From a virus, in IMG/VR virus record IMGVR_UViG_3300045988_010345: DNA of 64,000 nt; one strand, 5' to 3'. The translations under genes and the position numbers were made by a program. Numbering within the stretch: the first letter of the stretch is position 1; each line of letters starts with the position of its first letter. Shown piece after piece: positions 50,321-59,445 of this stretch. The notes beneath the pieces are model-generated. The model searched no databases, had not been told where the DNA came from, and saw nothing but the letters and a program-made list of their open reading frames with translations.

Positions 50321-53300
50321 ATGCAAAAAGGTATAAGTTTCAAAACAAAAGGAATGCAAAGAGATTTAGCAGCCTCTGCCTTTAATTCTGAGTTTGCTTA
50401 TGAAAACAAGAATATTAGAATTATAACAAATGAAGATAATACATTATATAGTCTAGTTAATGAGAAGGGAACAAAACTAGTCAATATTAATGGAATAGAC
50501 TCTATAAATGGTGTAGTAATAGGAGAAGCAACAATAGATGATGAGCTTATTCTATTTACAACAGATATTATATCACTTATAAATGATAAAAGAGATAGGA
50601 TATATAAGATAAAGCTAAATGGGGATAATCTAGATGGACAAGTCCTATTTGAAGGGAATTTGAATTTTAACCCAACATATCCTATTGAAACTTTGATATT
50701 CTATGAAAATGAATATATTAAGAAAGTGTACTGGACTGATGGTTTAAATCAGCCCAGAGTAATTAATATAGCTGCTACACCTGATGTAATAAGTAAATGG
50801 AATAATGACTCATTTAATTTTGTAAGGACTCTTAATCTTAATGAGAAAGTGACTATTGAAAGAAATATTGTAGCCAGTGGTAGTTTTGCTCCTGGAGTAA
50901 TACAATATGCCTTCACATACTTTAATAAGTATGGTCAAGAAAGTAACATATTCTATACTTCTCCACTTTACTACATCTCATATAATAACAGAGGTGCAAG
51001 TCCTGAGGATAGAGTAAGTAACAGTTTCAATATAGAGATGACTAATGTAGATAGTAGATTTGACTACATCAGAATATACTCAATACATAGAACAAGCATA
51101 AATGCAACTCCAGATGTTAAGAGAGTTGTAGATTTAGCTCCTCTCACAAGGTCATATTATGAGCTTAGTGGATATGAAATTAATCTCCCAGCTAATAAGA
51201 TGACTATGTATAGGAGAGATAATGGTGCTGGAAAGACACTTGACCAATATAAGCCTTCTTACTCAGGGGCAAACCATAAGTCTTGGGAATTTAGTACTGA
51301 TGAATATGATAGTATAGACTTTGGAGATGGTGACTATCTGACTTGGGATGGAGGCACAATATTCATTATTACTATTACCGATGGTAATAAGGCAAGTATG
51401 CAATTGGCTAATAATGGTATTATGGCTGGTGAGGTTAGTATAGCTAAAGCTACTTACACTGATAGTGGAACATCTGGAGATTCTATAGACCCTACAGAAT
51501 TATTATATATTGGTGGTGAGGAAGTGGTATTTGGTACTATGGCTCAAAAGGATAACACTTTGTTTCTTGGTGACATACAAATGAAGAGAAAGATTCTTGA
51601 TTCAACTATTAAGAACTACTTCAAGGGTAAAAAAATTATCTTCTCTACTTATAATAAGAGTATAGACTCTCCAGAACCTAAAGGATATTATTCATATTCT
51701 AATCAGCTCAAGATGAACTCTTATCAGTTCAAGACCTTTAAGTACCTTGAATACTATAGATTTGGTATTCAAGCACAACATTATACAGGTAAGTGGTCAG
51801 AGCCAATATGGATTAATGATGTAAGGAATAATGTACCCATAGATACTACTTTTTACAGTTCTAATAACATTGGTTTGCCTGTAGCAGAGTTCACACTGAT
51901 TGATAGTACTATTATTAACAGATTCCTTGACAATGGATATGTTAGAATAAGACCTGTAGTAGTGTATCCTACTATTAATGATAGAGAGGTTATATGTCAA
52001 GGCATCTTATGTCCTACTGTATATAATGTGTCTGATAGGTATGGTAACTCACCATTTGCACAATCATCTTGGTTTACAAGACCTAATGCACCATTTGATG
52101 TACATAAGGCATTTCACTATAGCCAAGATAGTAGTGGCAAATGGACTTCAGATTGGAAGGAGTTTGGTGGTAATAAATCTTCTATATATTCAAGGGCAGG
52201 AGTTATGACAAATAATAGGACTAATGTACATAATGGTTCTACAATAACCCTTATCGCGGATATAGTTAATAAAGGGGCTTGGGCTGAGTTCAGACATAAT
52301 TATCCTATTCCAAGTAATGATAAAAGGAATGCTGAAATACAATGTATTTGGAATCCACCTTCAAATCCTTATGTGAATAACTCAATGGATGATACAGATG
52401 TATCAAGCTGGGTATCTCAGTATGCAGAAAATTATTATATAGACCAGAGCATTGTTACATTACACTCACCTGATATTGAATTTGATAATGAAGTAAGGAG
52501 CATAGACACATCAGAATTAAAATTAAGGATAGTGGGAATAGTCCCTATCACTGCCTTTGTAGCAGACATAGATATTCAAACTTCAACTCCTGTAAATAAC
52601 TTCAAGGGTAGTTCTGAACTTCCCCTTGGATTCTATAAAGAGCCTGTTGGTGCTGAGAATGAATTCTACTCTACTAAGAGTAAAGGTGACTCACACTTTG
52701 GTTGGAGAGGATTAATCTCTGGAGCATTCTGGTTTGATGAATTAGCTGCATACAAGAAAGGTCGAGATAATCCTAATCATCTTACTACAGGATTTGCTGT
52801 ATATCCTTGGCATAGGAGTGGTTCTCTTAACAATACTAAGTTTGCTACTGATGGGTATAGGTCTGCCATGCTTGATAAGAAGAAAATCTCTAATATGAGA
52901 TTCTCTTACAAGACTCAATACATAAGCCTAAGGAAGGTATGGAATGCTTATATAAAGGACAATTATATAAGAACTGGTATATCAGGTGTTGCAATATTTG
53001 ATTCTAATGAAGTTTCACTTGTTAGATTACCTGCGCAAGAAAACTCTGGGTTGTCGGATATAAACTACTATGGTAATGTAGACAAGCTGCTTACAGTATC
53101 AAGAATAGGAGATAAAAAGGATGGCTATCCTATTATGACCTCTGGAGTGCAGAATGCTGATACAGATGCACATAAGTTGTTTAGTGGAAATTTCGTACAG
53201 ATAGATAGTAGATTTACTGACCAGATTACAGGCATTGACCCTGTTAGAATTAAGTACAAGTCTACTCCCCATGCTGTATTAGCTCTGAATTATACTACAT

Positions 53301-54976
53301 CAGGTGCTCAAAGGATATTGCCAACAATACAGGACTATGATGAAGGCTACCCTACTACAACTGATATTTGGAATGTCAATTATGCAGGAGGTAATATCAC
53401 CTCTGGACAGCATCCATTTTGGGATAAAAACAAGAATATTAGTGCAATTTCTCAAGATGTTATTGATAGTATTACTGGAGATGCTCCAAGGATGGGAGGC
53501 ATACAATATGGCTGGCTGTGGTTAGGAGAATTGTATAATGACAATGTACAGAATAGGTTTGGAGGGCAGACAGAAGAAGCCTTTGAGAATAATGTATGGC
53601 TACCTTGTGGAGACCCTATTTCTCTTGTAGGTACTAACAATAAAGTCAAGGAAAGTGTTATTATCAAGTGGGAAGAAGGTGACACCTATTTCCAAAGATA
53701 TGACCACATCAAGACCTATCCATTCACTCTTGAAGACCAAAATGCAGTGACTGATATTGTATCATTCATGTGTGAAACAAGAGTAAACCTTGATGGTAGG
53801 TATGATAGGAATAGGGGTCAGACAAGTAACTTTGCTATTACTCCTGAGAACTTTAACTTGATGAATGATGTATATTCTCAACAGAATAACTTTTTCAACT
53901 ACAGAACTATTAATCCAAACAAACTGAACTTGGATAACTTCCATAATTCAATCACTTGGACTAAGACTAAGACTGTTGGAGAGTTAGTGGACACTTGGAC
54001 TAATATAACCCTTGCATCTACTCTTGACCTTGATGGGGATAAAGGAAAAATAAGAGCTTTGAAAAGGCTCAATAACAGTATTATTGCCATGCAGGATACA
54101 GGCATTAGTCAAATACTTTATAATGAGAATACTCAAATAAGTACTACAGAAGGAGTACCTGTTGAGATAGCAAACTCTGGTAAAGTACAAGGCAAGAGGT
54201 ATATATCTGATAAGATAGGATGCACAAACAAATGGTCTATATGTGAAACTCCTAATGGTATTTATTTTGTAGATGATATAACAAAAGGTATATATTTATT
54301 TAATGGACAACTAAATAATATATCAGACAAATTAGGTTTTCATTCTTGGATTAAGGCAACTTCCAAAGATATAAATATTTGGAATCCTATAAATTTTAAT
54401 AGTTTTGTAACTTATTATGATAAAACAAATAGTGAGGTATTATTTATATCAAAAGATTCTTGCTTAGGATACTCAGAGCTATTAAATCAGTTTACCTCAT
54501 TTTATAATTATGAAAATACTCCTTATTTCTCCAATCTTCTTGATAAGGGAATATGGATAAAAGATAACAAACTTTGGTTACATAATGAAGGAGATTACAA
54601 TATGTTCTTTGGAGTATATCAACCATTCTATACTACTGTAATAGCCAATCCAGATATGCCCGTAGATAAGATATTCAATAATCTTGAGTTCAGGTCAGAT
54701 AGCTGGGATGAGAATGGTAATCTGCTCAATACAACATTTGATACTCTAACTGTATGGAATGAATATCAACAAGGTACTTCTACTCTAAACAACATCTTAG
54801 GAAGACCTTCTGACCTAAAGAAAAAGTTTAGAATCTGGAGAGCTAATATACCAAGAGATAAGGTAAATGGTAGAGACAGAATGAGAAATCCTTGGTTATA
54901 CATCAAGCTATCTATGGAGGAAGAGAATGTAAATAAGACTGTATTGCATGATATGATTGTGCATTACTTTGAGTAA
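50321..54976 (+). CDS. giant tail/virion structural protein (1551 aa)
   Basis: Uninterrupted 4.6-kb ORF with beta-rich Asn/Tyr/Thr composition, followed by a terminator. Confidence 0.55.
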   Translation: MQKGISFKTKGMQRDLAASAFNSEFAYENKNIRIITNEDNTLYSLVNEKGTKLVNINGIDSINGVVIGEATIDDELILFTTDIISLINDKRDRIYKIKLNGDNLDGQVLFEGNLNFNPTYPIETLIFYENEYIKKVYWTDGLNQPRVINIAATPDVISKWNNDSFNFVRTLNLNEKVTIERNIVASGSFAPGVIQYAFTYFNKYGQESNIFYTSPLYYISYNNRGASPEDRVSNSFNIEMTNVDSRFDYIRIYSIHRTSINATPDVKRVVDLAPLTRSYYELSGYEINLPANKMTMYRRDNGAGKTLDQYKPSYSGANHKSWEFSTDEYDSIDFGDGDYLTWDGGTIFIITITDGNKASMQLANNGIMAGEVSIAKATYTDSGTSGDSIDPTELLYIGGEEVVFGTMAQKDNTLFLGDIQMKRKILDSTIKNYFKGKKIIFSTYNKSIDSPEPKGYYSYSNQLKMNSYQFKTFKYLEYYRFGIQAQHYTGKWSEPIWINDVRNNVPIDTTFYSSNNIGLPVAEFTLIDSTIINRFLDNGYVRIRPVVVYPTINDREVICQGILCPTVYNVSDRYGNSPFAQSSWFTRPNAPFDVHKAFHYSQDSSGKWTSDWKEFGGNKSSIYSRAGVMTNNRTNVHNGSTITLIADIVNKGAWAEFRHNYPIPSNDKRNAEIQCIWNPPSNPYVNNSMDDTDVSSWVSQYAENYYIDQSIVTLHSPDIEFDNEVRSIDTSELKLRIVGIVPITAFVADIDIQTSTPVNNFKGSSELPLGFYKEPVGAENEFYSTKSKGDSHFGWRGLISGAFWFDELAAYKKGRDNPNHLTTGFAVYPWHRSGSLNNTKFATDGYRSAMLDKKKISNMRFSYKTQYISLRKVWNAYIKDNYIRTGISGVAIFDSNEVSLVRLPAQENSGLSDINYYGNVDKLLTVSRIGDKKDGYPIMTSGVQNADTDAHKLFSGNFVQIDSRFTDQITGIDPVRIKYKSTPHAVLALNYTTSGAQRILPTIQDYDEGYPTTTDIWNVNYAGGNITSGQHPFWDKNKNISAISQDVIDSITGDAPRMGGIQYGWLWLGELYNDNVQNRFGGQTEEAFENNVWLPCGDPISLVGTNNKVKESVIIKWEEGDTYFQRYDHIKTYPFTLEDQNAVTDIVSFMCETRVNLDGRYDRNRGQTSNFAITPENFNLMNDVYSQQNNFFNYRTINPNKLNLDNFHNSITWTKTKTVGELVDTWTNITLASTLDLDGDKGKIRALKRLNNSIIAMQDTGISQILYNENTQISTTEGVPVEIANSGKVQGKRYISDKIGCTNKWSICETPNGIYFVDDITKGIYLFNGQLNNISDKLGFHSWIKATSKDINIWNPINFNSFVTYYDKTNSEVLFISKDSCLGYSELLNQFTSFYNYENTPYFSNLLDKGIWIKDNKLWLHNEGDYNMFFGVYQPFYTTVIANPDMPVDKIFNNLEFRSDSWDENGNLLNTTFDTLTVWNEYQQGTSTLNNILGRPSDLKKKFRIWRANIPRDKVNGRDRMRNPWLYIKLSMEEENVNKTVLHDMIVHYFE

Positions 54977-54981
54977 TAATA

Positions 54982-55021
54982 GGGGAAGGTAAGTTTATTA
55001 CTTATCTTCCCTTTACTTTTT
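54982..55021 (+). terminator. intrinsic terminator
   Basis: GGGGAAGGTAAGT-TTATT-ACTTATCTTCCC followed by TTTACTTTTT. Confidence 0.7.
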
Positions 55022-55031
55022 GGATAATATC

Positions 55032-55063
55032 CTTGTATAATTCAAATACTTTGTTTATCTTTG
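55032..55063 (+). promoter_or_regulatory. Bacteroidota-type promoter of the giant-protein operon
   Basis: CTTG at 55032-55035, 20-nt spacer, TATCTTTG at 55056-55063. Confidence 0.65.
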
Positions 55064-55081
55064 CAAACAAATTAGTATGAT

Positions 55082-57625
55082 ATGGCTAAAAGAAAAGTTA
55101 TAAGAAAGTCTAACAGACCATTTACATATAACCCTCATTACTATAGTTGGGGTGGTGATTTCAAAAATGCTTTAGGCGGAGTTAAGCCTTTTGACTTGAA
55201 AGGCACTTTCAGTGGTGGCAATGTTGCTAGTATGCTGAAAGGAGGCATGGCAGGCATAGGCAGTACAGTGGGTAACATTGCAGGTGGTGCTATTAGTGGA
55301 GGACTTGAAACATATGCAGGCAGTGCAATCAGTAATATTGGTGGTGCTGTAGGTGGTGCAATAAGTGCAGTTAATCCTATAATTGGAGGCATCGTATCTG
55401 CTGGTACTGGTATTATTGGGGGTCTTGCAAATAGAATGTTTGGCTCCAAGTTAAATAAGGAGAAGATTGCTGAGGTTGAAGGAAGCAACAAAGCTATAAA
55501 TACTGTTATGGTGGATAGTAGCAATGCTGATTCAGTTATGAGCCAATGGGCTAATCAAGATTTTGGAGCAAACTTCTCTAAATCAGATATTGGTAAAGAT
55601 GGTTGGTTTAGCAATAAGGCTAAACACAAATATAAGGAGTTAAGGAAGCAACAAGATGTAGCAAGAAGCAGAGCATTGGCTTCTTATGGGAATGCAGCAG
55701 AAGCAGCAGATACTCAGGCTGACCTTAATGCTATGGCAAATTTTGCTGCCTTTGGTGGTCCTCTTGGTATATGGGGAGGATATGGAAATGGAGCAATAGG
55801 ATATGAGTTATCCAAAGAAGATTTAGATATTAAGGCTCTCAATGCTGCAAATAAAGGAAGGCTAACTTCACTTCCTAACTCATTTGAGTCTCAAAAGTTA
55901 AACACATTTGCTGAGGGTGGTAATATACATATTAAGCCCTCAAAGAGGGGAACTTTCACAGCAGCAGCTAAAAAGCATGGAAAGTCTGTGCAATCATTTG
56001 CTTCCCAAGTATTAGCTAATAAAGAAAATTATTCTCCTACTATGGTAAAGAAGGCTAATTTTGCAAGGAATGCTTCTAAGTGGCATAGCTTTGGTGGAGA
56101 CCTTAATACTAATGGTTCTGACTTTAGTAATGGTCAAACCATTGTAGGTAATGGTGGAACTCATGAGGAGAATCCAATGGAGGGTGTACCTATGGGAATG
56201 GATGCTGAAGGAAACCCAAATCTTGTAGAACAAGGTGAGGTTATATTCAATGACTATGTATTCAGTAATAGGTTGTTTGCTGATGGTGGTCTATTAGAAA
56301 GTTTTAATCTCCCTAAGTCTTATGATGGACATTCTTTTGCTGCAATAGCAGAGAAGTTAGGTGATGAATCAAAGGAAAGACCTAATGACCCAATAAGCAA
56401 GAGAGGACTTCTAAGTTCTATGTCCAGACTACAGCAAGCCCAAGAGACTGTAAGACAACAGACTCAAGAGAGTCAAGAAGGAGTACAGTATGCTCATGGT
56501 GGTAGGATGGGCACATTATTTGATGGACTTGGTGATGACCCTAATATTTTATTCCCTACTGGTGCAGAAGATTGGGCAAAGTTATTGGAAATTAAAACTC
56601 CTAAATATGGAGTAGATTGGGACCTTACAGGAAAAGTAAGTACTATTGTAGGGGAGTCCCCTAAAGGAATGACTACATTTAATACTGTGCCTACTTCTTA
56701 TTGGGAAGCCTTAGGTAAAGGTAATAAAAAGGCAAATACTTATGTAAGTAATAAAAGTAACAGTAACAGTAAAAGTAAAAGTAATAAAAGTGACAGTAAT
56801 AAAAGTGGTGATGATAATAGGGGTAGTAGTGGACCAACTTGGCTAAGATATGCTCCTGTAGTAGGTGCTGCAATAGGATTAGGTCAGAACTTATTTAGTA
56901 AACCAGATTATACAAGTGCAGATGCAATACTTGAAGCAGCTAATCAAGCAGGCAATTATACCCCAATAGGATATACTCCAATAGGTAACTACTTACAATA
57001 CAGACCTTTTGATAGGAATTTCTATCTAAATAAGCTCAATGCACAGGCAGGTGCTACAAGAAGGGCTATTATGAATACTACAAGCCCTTCAAGAAATGCA
57101 GCCTTGCTTGCAGCAGACTATAATGCTCAAGGTAGATTTGGAGACCTTGCAAGACAAGCTGAAGAGTATAACTTGGCACAGAGACAGGCTGTTGAGACCT
57201 TTAATAGAGGTACTAATCAAGCTAATGCTGAGATGGGACTCAAAGCTGCAATGGCAAATCAAGAGGCTGCATTGAAGGCAAGAAGTTCAAGACTAAGTGG
57301 TGTTGCACAGGCTATGGCAGTAAGGGATGCTGTTGATGCAAGAAGAGGTGCAAGTATGAGTGCTAACCTTACTAATTTGTTTGATAGTCTTGGTAATATA
57401 GGTATTGATGCTTACAATAGAGAGGATAGAGATAAACTAATAAGAGCAGGAGTATTTGGCACTTTAAGTGAGAAGCCTCAAGAATGGAGTGATAAAACTT
57501 GGAAAGAATATAAAGATTATATAAATAAGAGTTTAGAGAATAAAACTCCTAAAGTTAAAGGTAAGCAACATAGTAAAGGTGGATACTTAACTATTAAGAA
57601 AGGAAAGCAACATGGCAAATTTTAG
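55082..57625 (+). CDS. large virion protein with Gly-zipper-like N-terminal region (ejected/cargo protein candidate)
   Basis: 847 aa. Residues 25-120 or so carry repeated GGxxxxIGG/GxxxG motifs. Also has a Ser/Asn/Lys linker and an Ala/Gln-rich helical C-terminus. Confidence 0.5.
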   Translation: MAKRKVIRKSNRPFTYNPHYYSWGGDFKNALGGVKPFDLKGTFSGGNVASMLKGGMAGIGSTVGNIAGGAISGGLETYAGSAISNIGGAVGGAISAVNPIIGGIVSAGTGIIGGLANRMFGSKLNKEKIAEVEGSNKAINTVMVDSSNADSVMSQWANQDFGANFSKSDIGKDGWFSNKAKHKYKELRKQQDVARSRALASYGNAAEAADTQADLNAMANFAAFGGPLGIWGGYGNGAIGYELSKEDLDIKALNAANKGRLTSLPNSFESQKLNTFAEGGNIHIKPSKRGTFTAAAKKHGKSVQSFASQVLANKENYSPTMVKKANFARNASKWHSFGGDLNTNGSDFSNGQTIVGNGGTHEENPMEGVPMGMDAEGNPNLVEQGEVIFNDYVFSNRLFADGGLLESFNLPKSYDGHSFAAIAEKLGDESKERPNDPISKRGLLSSMSRLQQAQETVRQQTQESQEGVQYAHGGRMGTLFDGLGDDPNILFPTGAEDWAKLLEIKTPKYGVDWDLTGKVSTIVGESPKGMTTFNTVPTSYWEALGKGNKKANTYVSNKSNSNSKSKSNKSDSNKSGDDNRGSSGPTWLRYAPVVGAAIGLGQNLFSKPDYTSADAILEAANQAGNYTPIGYTPIGNYLQYRPFDRNFYLNKLNAQAGATRRAIMNTTSPSRNAALLAADYNAQGRFGDLARQAEEYNLAQRQAVETFNRGTNQANAEMGLKAAMANQEAALKARSSRLSGVAQAMAVRDAVDARRGASMSANLTNLFDSLGNIGIDAYNREDRDKLIRAGVFGTLSEKPQEWSDKTWKEYKDYINKSLENKTPKVKGKQHSKGGYLTIKKGKQHGKF
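56747..56806 (+). repeat. imperfect hexanucleotide (AGT-AAN) tract encoding SNKSNSNSKSKSNKSDSNKS
   Basis: 20 codons alternating AGT with AAT/AAA/AAC/GAC, in frame inside CDS 55082..57625. Confidence 0.7.
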
Positions 57626-59444
57626 TTTAGTCGTAAATAGCAAATTTAATCCTTTCTCTTTTGAAAGATACATACAGCCATATCAGATATATGGACAGGC
57701 ATATAGAGAGGTAGAAGATACTTTAGGTGAATTAGATACTAAGGCAAGTGTATGGGAAGAAATGGCTAATGAACAGACTGACCCTTATGCTTACAAGATG
57801 TATAAGAACTATGCAAATGACCTTGAAGAGCAAGCAGGTCAGTTGGCAAGAGAAGGACTCAATGCTGCAAGTAGAAGGGATATGCTCAATATGAGAGCAA
57901 GGTATAGTAAGGAGATAACTCCTATTGAACAAGCCTATGCAGCAAGACAGAAGCAAGCAGAACAACAGCAACAAGCATTATTACAAGACCCGACATTATT
58001 ATTAAGTAGAAGAGCTTCAACTACAAGCCTTGATGACTATATAAGGAATCCTCAATTAGCTTATGAAGCATATTCAGGTAAACTAATTACTGCACAGGCT
58101 GCAAGTGCTGCATCTGCATTATCTAAGCAAATGAGAGAAAACCCAAGAGAATGGAGGAGTATCTTGCATAATTCTTACTATGAAACTTTGATGCAGAAAG
58201 GATTTAGAGTAGAAGATGTGTTGAAGGCTATACAGGGTAATCCAGAAGCTGCACAAGAACTTACAAGAATTGTTGAAGATGCTATTAATTCAAGTGGTGT
58301 TAGAGACTGGGGAGACCAAGCTACTATTGCAAGGGCTATTGACTATGCTAAGCAAGGTCTATGGAGTGCAGTTGGTGAGACTCAATACCAGACTCTTGAT
58401 AATTGGAGAGCTAAGATGGCTGAACAAGAAGCTATGCAAAAGAGAGCAGAAAAGAGAGCTGCTGCTGCAAAAGAAGCTGAATCAAATAAATATAAAGTTA
58501 ATCCTTTACCTTTAAGAAGTGAACAGGAAATAGGTGCTAGTAATAAAAAGGTACAAGATTACATCAATAGAGGTTATCTAAAGAGAACTAAAGCTGGTCT
58601 TACTATAACACAAAGAGGACTGTCTGAACTTAGAGGAGCTAATAGAACACCTATAGTACAGAGTTGGGAATCTTATAAGAGGCAACATCCAGGAGCTACA
58701 AAAAGTTCTTATGATACTATGGTAGCAGAGGTTAAGAGTATTGCAAGCAGACCTAGTGAATTTTATCAGTGGTATAATAAGAATATAGGTGGATATAATA
58801 TAAGAACTGGTAAAGTAGCAACACCTACTACTAGATTAAATGCTTATGAACATTCTATAAAACAAGGTTCTTATGATGTATATCACTCTACTGAATATGA
58901 TAGACAATTACCATCAACTTATGGTACAGAATATACTAAGCAAATATGGAGTGCTGCACCTACTAAAGATGGTGAAAAATATTTACAAGGAATAGATTTT
59001 AATGGTAAGAATGGATGGTCTAACACTAAGAAATATACCAAAGAAGACCTTGAAGATTATGAAGTAACTAATATAAGACATTCAAGATGGGGGGATACAG
59101 CTATATTACAGTCTAGTAAGTCAGGTAAGAATGATGTTATTAGAGTTAAAATACCTAAAGGTATTAATATAGGTGCAGAAACTAATGTAAGAAATGCTAT
59201 ATCAAATGCTGATTATTGGGGAAGTATATTACATAAGAACAGAAGACCTATGATAGATAGAAGTGGTAATATTGCTACTGACACCAAAGGTAATATTATA
59301 TATTCTAACTCTCCTTTAACTGAAGCTGATAAGATAGATTTAAAGAGAAAACAAGATGCTGCTTTGCAGGATATTTATGGTTATGGTTCACAAACTGTAG
59401 TACCTTCAGTAACATCTAATGAACAAATAAGTCCTTGGTATTAA
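57612..59444 (+). CDS. large virion protein (610 aa)
   Basis: ORF overlapping the previous gene by 14 nt, with a helical Ala/Gln/Glu-rich N-terminal half. Confidence 0.5.
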   Translation: MANFSLVVNSKFNPFSFERYIQPYQIYGQAYREVEDTLGELDTKASVWEEMANEQTDPYAYKMYKNYANDLEEQAGQLAREGLNAASRRDMLNMRARYSKEITPIEQAYAARQKQAEQQQQALLQDPTLLLSRRASTTSLDDYIRNPQLAYEAYSGKLITAQAASAASALSKQMRENPREWRSILHNSYYETLMQKGFRVEDVLKAIQGNPEAAQELTRIVEDAINSSGVRDWGDQATIARAIDYAKQGLWSAVGETQYQTLDNWRAKMAEQEAMQKRAEKRAAAAKEAESNKYKVNPLPLRSEQEIGASNKKVQDYINRGYLKRTKAGLTITQRGLSELRGANRTPIVQSWESYKRQHPGATKSSYDTMVAEVKSIASRPSEFYQWYNKNIGGYNIRTGKVATPTTRLNAYEHSIKQGSYDVYHSTEYDRQLPSTYGTEYTKQIWSAAPTKDGEKYLQGIDFNGKNGWSNTKKYTKEDLEDYEVTNIRHSRWGDTAILQSSKSGKNDVIRVKIPKGINIGAETNVRNAISNADYWGSILHKNRRPMIDRSGNIATDTKGNIIYSNSPLTEADKIDLKRKQDAALQDIYGYGSQTVVPSVTSNEQISPWY

Positions 59445-59445
59445 T

